Assembly (NCBI RefSeq): GCF_028641065.1
Contig: NC_073380.1
Span: forward strand, 35,030,001 to 35,094,000
DNA length: 64,000 nucleotides
Reading direction: 5' to 3'
DNA from: Leucoraja erinacea
Taxonomy: Eukaryota
The number at the start of each line of letters is the position of its first letter. Position 1 is the first letter of the stretch. A program made the translations under genes and the position numbers. This document shows, piece by piece, positions 1 to 11,813 of this stretch. The notes beneath the pieces were generated by a model that was not told the DNA's origin, made no database searches, and saw only the letters and a list, made by a program, of their open reading frames with translations.

Positions 1-1120
1 GAAACCATCGGGCCAGACTGTTAAGCTTCAATGGTGCCGATTTCTATGGGGAAGTTACATCAAGCGTTATTTTTTTGCCTAGACTCTTTCTCTGAAGGTA
101 GCTTTTTATCCTGCTTGTCAATTTCCAGTGGTTCTCCAAATCCCAATCGAAATTGTGAAATAATTAATTTAGTCCATATAATAGACATTGTATTCCCTAA
201 TTCATTCGCATTATGTCCAATTACCAATAGGGAAACATTCATTCTAGCACAACTGACTGCAGTACTACAGCAAACAAATTGACAGAAAATGACACTTTAT
301 TACAAAATCATACCAAGTTTGGCAATCTATTTCTGAAAAGCATTTTATAAAAATAAGGTTAATTTATCATGAAGGATTTAACAAGACATTTCAATATCCA
401 ATCTTATAATATTGAAGGTTCATTGATTCCCTCACCAAAGATTCCCATACTGTTCAATATCAGTAGCGGGAACTTTTGAGACAAAGTGTGCACATTAAGT
501 CCTATAGGAAACAGCACTTCAATATAGCCAACATGTGCTATTTACTGACCGCTATTGGTGTAAGATTTCAGTTTCCTGTATTGTGCAAAAGTCTAAACTG
601 TCCAAATATTTTCTTGCCATTTCACAGACTCAAACAGAACCTCTATACAATACTGAATAACCCAAGACAGATCGCCAGGCCCTGCCATTTAGGATCATGG
701 CAGCACTCACCAGGAAGTCAATGACAGAAATCAGTTTTACCACATATATCAGTGAGATATAATGCTAGTTTGCTACTGATGTCATGGTCTGACCCAAAGG
801 ATCATTCTGAATACAATTACCATCGCATAATACAAGAATGCGTGCAACCAAATTACCTACATAAACCTATCCTAGGCAGTCCCTTGAAGGCAAGATCCAC
901 CTTCTTCCACTGCAGTTTTTCAGGTTCTGAAATGATTGGAGAGGTCAATGCAAGACCCATAGATTCTTCCACACAAGGGAGATGGTGTTTGAAAAGATGG
1001 CATGTGAGTGGTGTAGGAATTGGTGCTCCCCTCCTGTGAGTTGTGCAGGATATCTGCATTCTCATAAAATAGGTCTTTGGGTTCTCATGGCTATCTGAAT
1101 ATTGCTCCTACATGTTAAAC

Positions 1121-1628
1121 CAGCGGTCATCAATCTACGGCCCCCTGGCCGAATGCGGCCCTTAACCTGAAATCGTCCGGCCCGCAGGGGTATTTTTTTT
1201 TTGTTAGTCATCCGGCCTGCAGACTTCCTTCATCTCCAGTACCTCCCGGGCCCCGAGGAGTGGTGACGCAAGGACACCTGCGCTGGCGCCGCAATTGAGG
1301 AGCCGGCGATCGTCTGAGCGCCAAGCTCTGGCTGTATCGCATCTTGCGCAAAGCCGCCGGCACGGCTGCGCACCTTTTGTGTCTGGGCTTCACTGTCAGG
1401 ATCAAGGGTGTCAATAGGCCGGGGCAAGAGAGTGTGAGTGTTTGACCCACCGCCTTCAGGACAGAGCCAAGGCAATGGTCTGCAGGTGCGCCATGTTCGT
1501 GAGTGCCCGTAACTAGGGGTGGCATCCTCGAAGGGGCGGGATCTATGTGAACACGTGGTAGATGTGGCCCGCCATCCACTCACAGACATGCGTCCTGGCC
1601 CCTGTGCAGAACAAGGTTGCTGACCCAG
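1121..1628. mobile_element. Non-autonomous hAT (Charlie-like) DNA transposon
   Basis: Ends CAGCGGTCA.../...TGACCCAG, subterminal GGCCC motifs, 8-bp TSD TGTTAAAC (1113-1120, 1629-1636), GC-rich interior. Confidence 0.8.
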
Positions 1629-1659
1629 TGTTAAACTGTCTTGGGCCAGGTAGATTTAT

Positions 1660-2100
1660 ACTTTTTACATGGCGGCTCTGAGAACATCCTTGCACTTCAC
1701 CTCTTTAGTTGTTCCTTGTTGTGACGGGCCTTGAAAGAATGTCAGCTTCAGTTTAGCATCAGGCCTGCAAATGATATGGCCTGTAAATCGGAGCTGGTCA
1801 AACTGTAACTGGAGATTTAATGCTGTGGAGGTTGGCCTTGGACAGGGTGCTGACATTAGCTGTGATAGGTGAATGTAATCACCTACACTGAGCTTTGCAA
1901 GAAGGAAGACGATGAGATATAGAAAGTGGTCCACATTTTCCGGGTTCTCAGAGGCAGTGCGGCAGGAGTAATACTGACAAATGACATTAGCTTTGCAGAG
2001 TGGAAGGGCCTTCCCCGATATACTGCAGTGAACAAGTCACACAAACTAAAAATAGATGCACGCTCCATGATGCAACATAATCATAGCTGATCAGCTATTC
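1660..2100 (-). mobile_element. Decayed RTE-clade LINE fragment (C-terminus)
   Basis: QLRFTGHIICRPDAKL...KCKDVLRAAM resembles the RTE motif QLRWAGHVxRMPDxRLPK...RFKDTLKASL. Confidence 0.55.
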
Positions 2101-2217
2101 AGTACCTCATTCCTATCTTTTCCAGCATTCCTCTGGCATCAAGGAACAACTCAATGACTTGTAACTCAGTTTTCAAAGTTGTACATGCACTCATCTGTGC
2201 GCTGCAGCTTAGTGAGA

Positions 2218-2690
2218 GACTTTAGACTTTAACGATACAACACGGAAACAGGCCCTTCAGCCCACCCGAGTCCGCGCCGACCACCCCGTACACTAGCACT
2301 ATCGTACACATTAGGGGTAATTTACAATTTTATTTTATACAGAAGCCAATTAAAACACAAACCTGCACTTCTTTGGAGTGTGAGAGGAAACTGGAACACC
2401 CAGAGATAACTCTCGTGGTCACAGGGAGAAAGTACAAACTCCATACAGGAAGGTAGACAAAAATGATGGAAAAACTCGGCGGGTGAGGCAGCATCTATAG
2501 AGCGAAGAAATAGGCGACTTTTCGGGTCGACCAGAAATGTCACCTATTCCTTCGCTCCATAGATGCTGCCTCACCCGCTGAGTTTCTCCAGCATTTTTGT
2601 CTACCTTCAATTTTTCCAGCATCTGCAGTTCCTTCTTAAATAAAACTCCATACAGGAAGCACCTGGTGTCAGGATCGAACCAAGATTGGA
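2218..2690 (-). mobile_element. HE1-like tRNA-derived V-SINE, interrupted by a Penelope-derived insert
   Basis: B-box GGTTCGATCC, V-domain (GAGTTTGTAC..TTCTCCC..GTTTCCTC), CR1-like tail with (TAAAGTC)n. Confidence 0.8.
2449..2642 (+). mobile_element. Penelope-derived fold-back element
   Basis: ~80-bp inverted arms centred on GGGTCGACC (~2524-2532); 17-bp duplication AAACTCCATACAGGAAG at 2436-2452 and 2643-2659. Confidence 0.8.
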
Positions 2691-3729
2691 GTAACCTTGG
2701 TCCTGAAGTAGAGGCTACAGATTTCCATTTATCCTGCAGGCCAATATGCTTCCCAACAGAGTTGAGTTACCAGGGGTGCTGCATTCACACAAGAAAGGTT
2801 ACGAATTTGTACAATGATGCAGCCTTGCATGATACCAAACTCTATTCCCATTGGACCTGCTACATTCCTGTGATTAAAATCACAGAATGCATAAAATGTA
2901 ACAATCACAGAATTAAAATTTGACTCTCAGGGCAGTCAAATAGAAGGGTATTCCAGCATTCCTGCTCAATTGTTGGGAGTGAATGGTTTTAAAATGAAAA
3001 AAAACTCACTAAAAGTTATTACACCATGAAAACATCGTGTTTGTCTCAAAATAGAATATTTGGCCACAGATGGGAGGGTCCTTAGGATGTCACAGCGTGA
3101 ATGTAAGACAGTAAGAATCAGTGCAGACAAGATGACCCTGCCGCTAACACAATCTAATTCCTCGCATTTTGCAAAGATGTTCACAATTACAGCATCTGTT
3201 GACCCCTAGCATTTTCCTCTTCTCAGACATGGGAAAATGAGGACATGAACCCCTGTCCCTAATTTACCTATTCCATTTCTCAGAACTTCAACATGGCCTC
3301 TGTAGAGAGACTGCTTTCGTGACTGTTTTCAGCTGACATGGCCCTTTTAATCTTGTCAGCAAGTCAGGACTTTATCTTTGATTCCATTCTCCAGCAAAAT
3401 ATCATCAAGAAAAAACTCACAATAGAAGAATTCTTTGAACTGCTCCTTCCAGCAAGCATGAACTGGCCCTTTATTCTACATAGCCCTGCTGTGTTCTTGG
3501 CTCTCAGCAGGAGTGACGCACAAGCATTTACGTCATAGATGATCATGAAAACGTTAAAGAATGTCCATGCCATAATTAGGAGTTGCTGGATTTCCTGCGC
3601 TTTTCCACTCACCAGCTGCTCTTCAGGTCACGAGTTAGCCATCATCCACAATAATTCTCAACAATGGTGCCACACAAGGATGCATTCTCAGCCCATTACT
3701 ATGCTCCCTATACCCAGGACCTAAATTGG

Positions 3730-4460
3730 AAAGAGTTGCAGACAGCGTGGATGGCTGTCAAAGGAAATAGCATAGGATAGATCAATAACAAAAATGGGCA
3801 GATGGAGTTTAATCTGAGCAAATGTGAGGTGTTGCACTTTGGGAAGTCGAACGCAAGGGGAACGTACAGAGTTAATGGTAAGAGACTTAAAAGCATTGAT
3901 ATACAGAAGGATCCTGGGGTCTATGCCCATAGCTCACTGAAAGTGGCAACTCAAGTAGATACACTTGTAAAGACAGCATGATATGCTTGCTTTTATTGGT
4001 CGGGACATTGAGTAGAAGAGTTAGGAAGTCATGTTGCAGCTTTATAGGACTTTGTTAACCTGCATATGGACTACTGCTCGCAGTGCTGTTCAGCTTATTA
4101 CAGCTAGGATGTGGAGGCTTTGGAAAGGGTTCAAAAGTAGGTTATCAGAATGCTGCTTGGATTATAGGGCATTATCTACAAGAAGGGGTTGGTCAAACCT
4201 GGACTATTTTCTCTGGAATGTTAGATGCGAAGGGGTGACCTGATAGAAGAATATAAAATCATCAGCATCTTGGTGGTTGGTTCTTGTTTCTTGGTCCTCC
4301 AAAATATTCCAAATGGAATTTAAACTGGAGGTGGCAGAAGGTACACTTAAGCAAAAAATCAATAGGCTAGACAGTCGGATCCTTTCTGCCAGGTGGAAAT
4401 TTCAAGGACTAGTGGGCATAGTTTTAAGGTAGGAGAGGGAATGTTTAAAGGAGATGTGCA
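3730..4460 (+). mobile_element. Decayed CR1/HER1-like LINE 3' fragment containing a short antisense LINE-tail insert (4266-4340)
   Basis: WQMEFNLSKCEVLHFG-like and MLQLYRTL motifs; insert matches the tail at 15201-15262. Confidence 0.8.
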
Positions 4461-4519
4461 GAGATGCCTGGTATGCACTGGCAGGGGATGATGGTGGTAG
4501 AGGCAGATATGGAAGTGGG

Positions 4520-4790
4520 ATTTGAGGCATTGGCTACTTTTCTGAGGCAGCATAAAATGTAGATAGAATCAATGACGGAAGTCTGGACTGCAGTGGACAG
4601 GGCTACGACTACAACACCCTGCAATTTATTGGGGAGAGTTGTTCCCAAACAAGCTGTGATGCAACCCGACAATGTGTTTTCTATGGTTTAATAGTTTGTT
4701 TATTATCATGTGCACCAAGGTACAATGATTCAATTTTTGCATACAAATCAGTAAGATTATTGCCATACACAAGCACAATCCCCAGTTAAG
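4520..4790 (-). mobile_element. Decayed Rex1/Babar-like 3' fragment
   Basis: SGCITACLG...KLQGVV...DSIY...CLRKVAN. Confidence 0.6.
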
Positions 4791-5099
4791 TACATAATGC
4801 CCAGAGTCAGCCCACTGAGTCTCCATGTAAGTTACTAGGTTTTGCCGCCATTTCACAGTTCCAACTGCAACTAGAGTTCCAATTGGCCTGTGACAATCAT
4901 CATGTCCATCTGGTTGTCCTTTGAACCATTGTACCTTGTTGCCCAGCCATCTTCAACCTACATGCCTCAGGGCGCCTCCTGCAGCCAACCATTTTGAGCG
5001 TGGAAGGAAATACTCCCACCCTATAGTGTATCTTTAGGAGTTTGTCAGTCAGAGATGTGCTGAATTTCCTCAATCTTCTGAGGAGTTTTCACCACCTTG

Positions 5100-5290
5100 T
5101 CCACCTCTAACACCATCTTTAAGATATATGTATTTTTACCTCCGTCTCTAAGCTATGACCCCCTCCAGGGCCCTGCTACTTATTCTGCAGTCCTGTCCTT
5201 TAACTTACCAAACTTGTCCAAGTTAAATTCCATTAGCCATTCCTCAGCCCACTTTCTCAGTTGATCTAGATGATTTTCCATAATCCCCTC
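5100..5290 (-). mobile_element. CR1-like fragment
   Basis: LDQLRKWAEEWLMEFNLDK. Confidence 0.65.
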
Positions 5291-6618
5291 ACTGTGCCAA
5301 GGCATTTGTCTTAACGGAGGATGAGTTGGCTGAAATTGTCTTCCTTTATTCCTTAATACTCCAATAAAGCTCTGAAACTCAAACCCCAATTTCAAACAGT
5401 AATGCGATGGAGAACAGGAGGAAAATAGAGCGCCAAACCAATGGCAAATGACAACAACCCTTAATGCCAGCAAGATGTAGCTAATTATTGACCTCAGGAA
5501 GCAAAATGGTATACACAGCCCAATACATCGAGTGGAGGTGGTTGAGAACCGAGTTTCACACTTGATTAATGGTGCACTGACAGAATGTTCTCGTTTACCT
5601 GATTTAATCAAGGTACAGGAAAGAAACAAACAAATTTGCAATTATGCCACAGAATTTGAAATTTGGCTGTTTAACAAAGAATTATGGTGATTTAGAATCT
5701 GTTCTAAAGATTTTGCAACATTGTCCAGAAATATGAATTAATAGGGTGCAAAGAAATATTAACTCAATACCACTTGGCACAAATCATACCTAATATTTTG
5801 GACTCAAGCAGTTTTAATAGCATTCTCTGACTCTCGATATGGTTTTCAATTGGGATGAATGCCAAATGACAAACTCCCATTAAACCTTCAGACAATATTT
5901 TATTCTGCTAACATTGAGATTACAAGACAAAGTCAGTTCCATCTTCAGAAGACAGAAAGTTACAATTATTTGAAAATAGTAAGTCTTTTTCTGACAGTGT
6001 GGTTATATAGCCCATAGCTTAACTATCAGAGTAATCAAAATGATCAATATCAGACATTTCTACCTGTAAAGGATATGGCTATTAAATCTGTCAGATTATG
6101 TTACATTTTTTGTATAATGTGTATAAATACAACTTGACTTAAGTAGAACATCTCATGTGACTTGCTTCTAAAACAAAAACCTTTAGAGAACAGTAAATTA
6201 GTACTTAACTAATCAGTAATAGTGTGACAACTTCTTAATGATCAGCTAAACGAAGCACACCCACCAGCCTTCCAGTTTCCAACATTTAGAAAAACTAATA
6301 ATCTAACCAAGTTGGGAAGCATTGAAAATCTTGCTCCGAATAAAAAACAAGATCCAAGTGTCTTGCAAATAATTAAGTGCTCATTAACAAATGCAATTTT
6401 GTACTCGAGTACACTGAAATACACCATGAAAAAGGAACAATGATCGATCACCTTTAATTTATAGAAAAAATGGAGATATTAGTTCAGTTATTTCAAAATG
6501 CACGTGACACTTGCAGTCATAAGATTATGCAAATCTATAGATCAGAAACAAGTTTTAAAATTTAAATATTAACACCAGCTCAAAATTTTCTCCCACTCAC
6601 AACATCACTTCAAGTATT

Positions 6619-6745
6619 AGACAATAGGTGCAGGAGTAGGCCATACGGCCCTTCCAGCCAGCACCGCCATTCACTGTGATCATGGCTGATCATCCACAAT
6701 CAGTACCCCGTTCCTGCCTTCTCCCCATAACCCTTGACTATCTTT
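6619..6745 (-). mobile_element. CR1/HER1-like 3' tail
   Basis: Same terminal sequence (GGCCTACTCCTGCACCTATTGTCT) as the larger copies. Confidence 0.8.
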
Positions 6746-7099
6746 AACAGTTTGGTAACCATTACAGGGGAAATACTTAGTTTTCGATTTCACTTAATAG
6801 AAGACTGAACGATTTGCTAGGAAAAGAGAGCATCCTTACTACATTGTTGCACTAAAGGCAGCATCTTGCTAAGGAAAACCAGGTTAGAATCTGGAGAGGA
6901 CTATTTAACTAAATTTGTCAGAATTCAACATATATAGTGTGCCATCTAGTGTTTTTGCCTAACCGAAGTATTCAAGAGAGAAATGGATCAATTCTGGAGT
7001 TGAGAGAATAGTCACCAGAAATACAATACAGGTAGTTTTCACATGAGATATAAACCAAAAGTTTTCCTAATAGCTCATTATATATTCAAGACATTTTAA

Positions 7100-7290
7100 T
7101 ACTATTCAAAGAGTAAAATCTCTCAATGGCTTGCAGATTCATCATTTGCTGTGACTGAGACAATTGTGGCAATTCATAAGAACTGTGACTGAGATTAAGC
7201 AGTTTTCAAAATGGCTGCTCTATTTCTCTACATCAGTCACAGCCCTTTAAAGTGATTAACAGCATGTGAAGTGCTTTATGGGAATATTAT
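7100..7290 (+). mobile_element. Old DeuSINE (SacSINE1-like) 3' remnant
   Basis: AAAATGGCTGC..TTTC.CTACAT..CAGTCAC..GTGAAGTGCTTT pattern, similar to the copy at 50.3-50.7 kb. Confidence 0.45.
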
Positions 7291-7429
7291 GCAGGATTTA
7301 TTATGCGATTCAATCAGGTTCCAAAACAAGCAGTGTGGATAATCTTTTCCCATAGCTATATTCTACAATGATAGGTGGATCCAAGTGAAGCGGCTTTGAT
7401 TGGCAGATGAGTCAGTTAGTAGAGAGAAA

Positions 7430-7690
7430 CCCGACACTGGAGAATCTAATGTTCAACCCATTGGTTTTAGGCTGCTCAAAACAGAACATGGGGTGCTGTT
7501 CTACTAGTCTGTAGTGGAGGCAGCCATGGTCAGTGCAGGAATGGAAAGAGAGTTACAATGGCCAGCAACTGGCAGTTCCACAGATCCTGGAACACAAAAG
7601 AAAAGTGTTCGCCAAAGCAATCGTCTAATCTATGCTCATGAGGTTTATTTCTCAAGATTCTCGCATCTGTAGTCTTGTGTATTTAAATCG
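7430..7690 (-). mobile_element. Old Penelope-like endonuclease C-terminal remnant
   Basis: Reverse complement GAACAGCACCCCATGTTC...GGGTTGAACATTAGATTCTCC parallels 13558-13625. Confidence 0.55.
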
Positions 7691-8440
7691 TCTGGTGGGT
7701 AAAACAACCAGCTGGTAAGAATAGCAACCTCTGCACCCATGGGTGGTGGCAGCTAGCAAGAATGACTACACATCTGAGGAAATAAAATCTTGCTCGCCAC
7801 ACTTCTGAAGTGAGCTTTCAGGAGTGCTTGGAAGAGATCGGACGAGTTCAATTTTCTTTTCTCCTCTGGCTTGCAAGTTCACCAAAAAGATTAATTTGCC
7901 GATTTGTGCAACAGACAACGGGTGCTATTGCCACATGAACGTTATCTTCCATGAATTGACTGGGAGGAAATTGGTAGCAGTGGCTCACCTGGAAGAGTTT
8001 TATATTAAACATATTTGTGAGAAATAATTACATGATGCATTTAATTTGCAGCCAAATCTCTGGGAACAGTAAACTTTTTACATTGGAATGCCGTACGATG
8101 GAAGGCAAAATTCCTTGCACTTGAGTGTTTAATTTTACCTGTACCATTTTGGGGAGGAGCAGCAATGTAGATTAAGTTTCTTTCCAAAAACAGTTCTTAG
8201 ACACATCTAGCAAGTAGCTTATGACCAAGTTTGGCTGCAATGAAAGACTTTGGGCATGCACAGTCAAGAATAAAATCAAATCAAAATTAATTTTCTCCTA
8301 TTTTAACACCACTCTCGCCTCTAAATAAAACAAATTTGTCCTTGTATTTTTGCAGTGTCTTTGACAGGTCCATTTGGCTGTCATGTAAACCTTCTATACA
8401 GCTATTGGAGGAGAATTGCATATCTAGTCATTTACAGTAA

Positions 8441-11020
8441 TAAACATAGAAAATAGGTGCAGGTGGAGGTCCTTCTTTATATTCCTGGCCACCTTCCCTT
8501 CAGCCCATATTGCCCGATTTGTTTCCTTCTGTTGTCCTATGAAAGTTTCCCAATCCTCTGGCATCCGGCTGCTCTTTGCTGGGTTATACATCTTTTCTTT
8601 TAGTTTTATTCTATTCCTAACTTCTCTTGTCAGCCACGGTTGCCTCCTACTCCCCTTAGAATCGTTCTTCCTTTTTGGAATGAAATGATCCTGAGTCTTC
8701 CGGATTATGCCCAGAAATTCCTGCCATTGCTGTTCCACCGTCATTCCTGCTAGGTTCACTTTCCAGTCTACTTTGGCCAGCTCCCCTCTCATGCCTTCAT
8801 AGTCCCCTTTGTTCAACTGCATCACTGCCATTTCCGATTTAACGTTCTCCTTCTCAAATTGCAGACTAAAACTAATCATATTATGATCACTACCTCCAAG
8901 CGGTTCCTTTACCTCGAGTTCTCTTATCATATCTGGTTCATTGGACAACACTAAATCCAGAATTGCCTTTTCTCTGGTCAGCTCCATTACAAGCTGCTCT
9001 AAGAATCCATCTCGGAGGCATTCTACAAACTCTCTTTCTTGGGGTCCTGAACCAACTCGATTTTCCCAGTCTACCTGCATATTGAAATCCCCCATCACCA
9101 TTGTGGCATTACCTTTGTTGCATGCCAGTTTTAACTCCTGCTGCAACATACACCCTACATCCGGGCTACTATTTGGGGGTCTGTAGATAACACCAATTAT
9201 TGTCTTCTTGCCTTTGCAATTCCTCAACTCAATCCACAGTGACTCTACCTCGTCAGTCCCTATGTCTTCCCTCGCAAGGGACTAAATTTCATCCCTCACC
9301 AGCAGAGCTACCTCCCCCTCCTCTGCCCACCTGCCTGTCCTTTCTATAGGATGTATAACCCTGAATATTAAGTTCCCAGGCTTGATCCTTCTGCAGCCAC
9401 GTCTCAGTAATCCCCACAATGTCATATCTACCAACCTCTAACTGAGCCTCAAGCTCATCTACTTTACTTCTTATACTTCGCGCATTCATATACAATACTT
9501 TTAATTCCTTACGCGTCTCACCTTTCACATCGATCCCTATTACACTTGGCCGTACTCCTTTGTGAGCTTCCTTTCCCATTAATTCTGGGGTCATTAACCA
9601 TCCCTTTACTCCCTTTCCCTTTAACTCCATCCTCGACGATCCCATTTGACACCCCACCCTCCTTATTCAGTTTAAAACCACCCGTGAAGCAGTGGCAAAC
9701 CTGCCTGCCAGAATGCTGGTCCCCCACCTGTTAAGATGCCATCTGTCCTTTTTGTACAGTTCCCCCTTACTCCAAAACAGATTCCAGTGATCTAAGAATC
9801 TAAATCCCTGCCCCCGTTCCTCAGCCACATCCAGGTCCCGTATCTCCCTGTTCCTGCTCTCGCCAGCACGAGGAACTGGAAACAAACCGGAGATAACAAC
9901 CCTGGAGGTCCTGCTTTTCTGCATTTTCCCGAGCTCTCGAAAGTCACGCTGCAGAATATTCATCCCCTTCTATCCGACATCGTTTGTGCCGACATGCACT
10001 ATGATTTTCTGCACTCTGTCCCCGACACCCTGGATCCTGGCACCAGGAAGGCAGCACACCATTCTCGAATCCCATCTGTTGCCGCAGAAACCCCTGTCCG
10101 TACCTCTCACAATGGAGTCTCCAACTACAATGGCGTTGCCTGACGTTGGCCTCTTTGGTTTTGGCTTAACAGCCTTTTTTGCTTTGCATGCCAGTCCGCC
10201 GCTCAGTGTGATAACGACTTCTGTCCCGACAGCTTCTAAGTGGGTGAACCTGTTCTCAAGAGGTACAACACCCGGTGACCTGTGCATTCCAAGTTTCCCA
10301 CCTATTCTCACCGTCACCCACCTTCTCTCTTCCAGTACCTTAGGTGTAATAATCTTACTGCAGGACTTGTCGAGGAACGACTCAGCTTCTCGGACAAACC
10401 AGAGGTCATCCACTTGCTTCTCCAGTTCCCCAACACGGCCCTTCAGGAGCTGTACCTGGATGCACTTCTCACATTTGTAGCAGCCAGAGGCACCAGCAGT
10501 GTCATTGACCTCCCACATACTGCAAGCATCACATTGAATCAGCTTGGACGATAGATGGCGCAATGGGCTAAGTGTTCGGCTGGCAACCTGAAGGTGGCCG
10601 GTTCGAATCCTGCTTGGAGTGTGTACTGTCGTTGCGTCCTTGGGCAAGACACTTCACCTACCTTTGCCTGGGACTAGAGACGGAAATTAGCTACTGATTA
10701 GCTACAATCTCGCATATTTACATGCAAATGTTAATTAATATGCACTGTCCCTATAAACAAAACATTATTATTATTATTATTATTATTGACATCTCCTTCT
10801 GTCGTCTCTTCCTCTACAGCGTTTTAAGTAGCCTCCTCGCCAAAGACTCTCGAGCCAAAGACTCGCACTTTTCTCACAGGGCACTTCCCTCGCAAGGCCG
10901 CTCCCTAAGAGCCGTCCTGCTTATATTGACTGATAAATTGCCTAATTTACAAACCAAAATTCCTCAGTTTTAAACTGTTTTCCCCCTCTGACTCACTTCT
11001 AACTCTCCTCCCACTTGGGC
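8441..11020 (-). mobile_element. CR1-clade LINE with 5'UTR, ORF1 (Cys finger, coiled coil, SGNH esterase) and APE endonuclease; RT deleted, 3' tail retained
   Basis: ORF1 CDAC..CEKC, VVGDSIVRG, CLPGARI, VHVGTND; ORF2 YMNARSI, GITETWL, VIYRPP, MGDFN, LDLVL, GSDHN; frameshifted; tail CCTGCACCTATTTTCTATGTTT at 8463-8442. 5' boundary approximate. Confidence 0.92.
10552..10787 (+). mobile_element. tRNA-derived CORE-like SINE with (ATT)n tail inserted into LINE ORF1
   Basis: A-box TGGCGCAATGG, B-box GGTTCGAATCC, GTCCTTGGGCAAGACACTTCACCT core-like block, ATT repeat tail. Confidence 0.75.
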
Positions 11021-11183
11021 TAGAGCCAATCAGTGTAGCTGCAAATCAGTAGCTGCAAGCAACTTAAACTCAAGACTATTCTGAAAAAAATAAATGTTGG
11101 GATTTCCTGTCTGTTCACGCCTCTCAATATTTACCTCCAAAACTGCCATTTCCTGTCAGGCAGCAGTTATAGTTTCTTAATTA

Positions 11184-11296
11184 TTGTTTAAGAAGGAACT
11201 GCAGATGCTGGAAAATAGAAGCTAGACAAAAATGCTGGAGAAACTCAGGGGGTGAGGCCTCACCCGCTGAGTTTCTCCAGCATTTTTGTCTACCTT
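11184..11296 (-). mobile_element. Penelope-derived fold-back element
   Basis: ~39-bp arms centred on AGG|CCT (11255-11260); TSD AG(T/C)TTCTTAATTA at 11171-11183 and 11297-11309. Confidence 0.8.
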
Positions 11297-11813
11297 AGCT
11301 TCTTAATTAAATCACTTTCACAAAGATGTGAATGTTAATATAGAAAAGTAACCCCTTTCAAAAAAATGAACAGGGGAATCTTTCCTCCAGTCATATTTTC
11401 ATATCCAGGATTAAGGACTAGCCCAAAATATATCTTATAATTTTGTTCCCATTGTACATGCAGTTTTCATTGGAGTATGTAGAGTCAATGGGGAAAGGCA
11501 CAGCACATCATCAAATAGTTGTGGAAAAAATATTTTAAAATCACTGAACGATTTGGTTTCCAACATGACTAATGACGGCTAACAGCAGTTAGCATAATCC
11601 AGTTACCTGATCAACAGAAAATGTTGACTGGCTGCATTTTATGTTTACTGTTTCCAAAAGTACATATATGTAGGCTCAAGGGATGGACTTTGTGATGACT
11701 TTCATGCAGTACAAGTTTGTCATATCAGTACATTGTATTTTGAAAATGTTTAAGAAACTAATTTTCTTCACCAATTTTAAGTTGAAATTATATTATTAAA
11801 TAATTATTAATAA

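Noticed and set aside
60-242. Lys-rich minus ORF as CHD7 exon 3
   Set aside because: No resemblance to the expected HSPSEPFLEK...KKKKK..KEPKEPK exon 3 sequence.
10554-10625. tRNA gene
   Set aside because: A/B boxes run into a SINE body and ATT tail; no acceptor stem closure or T terminator.
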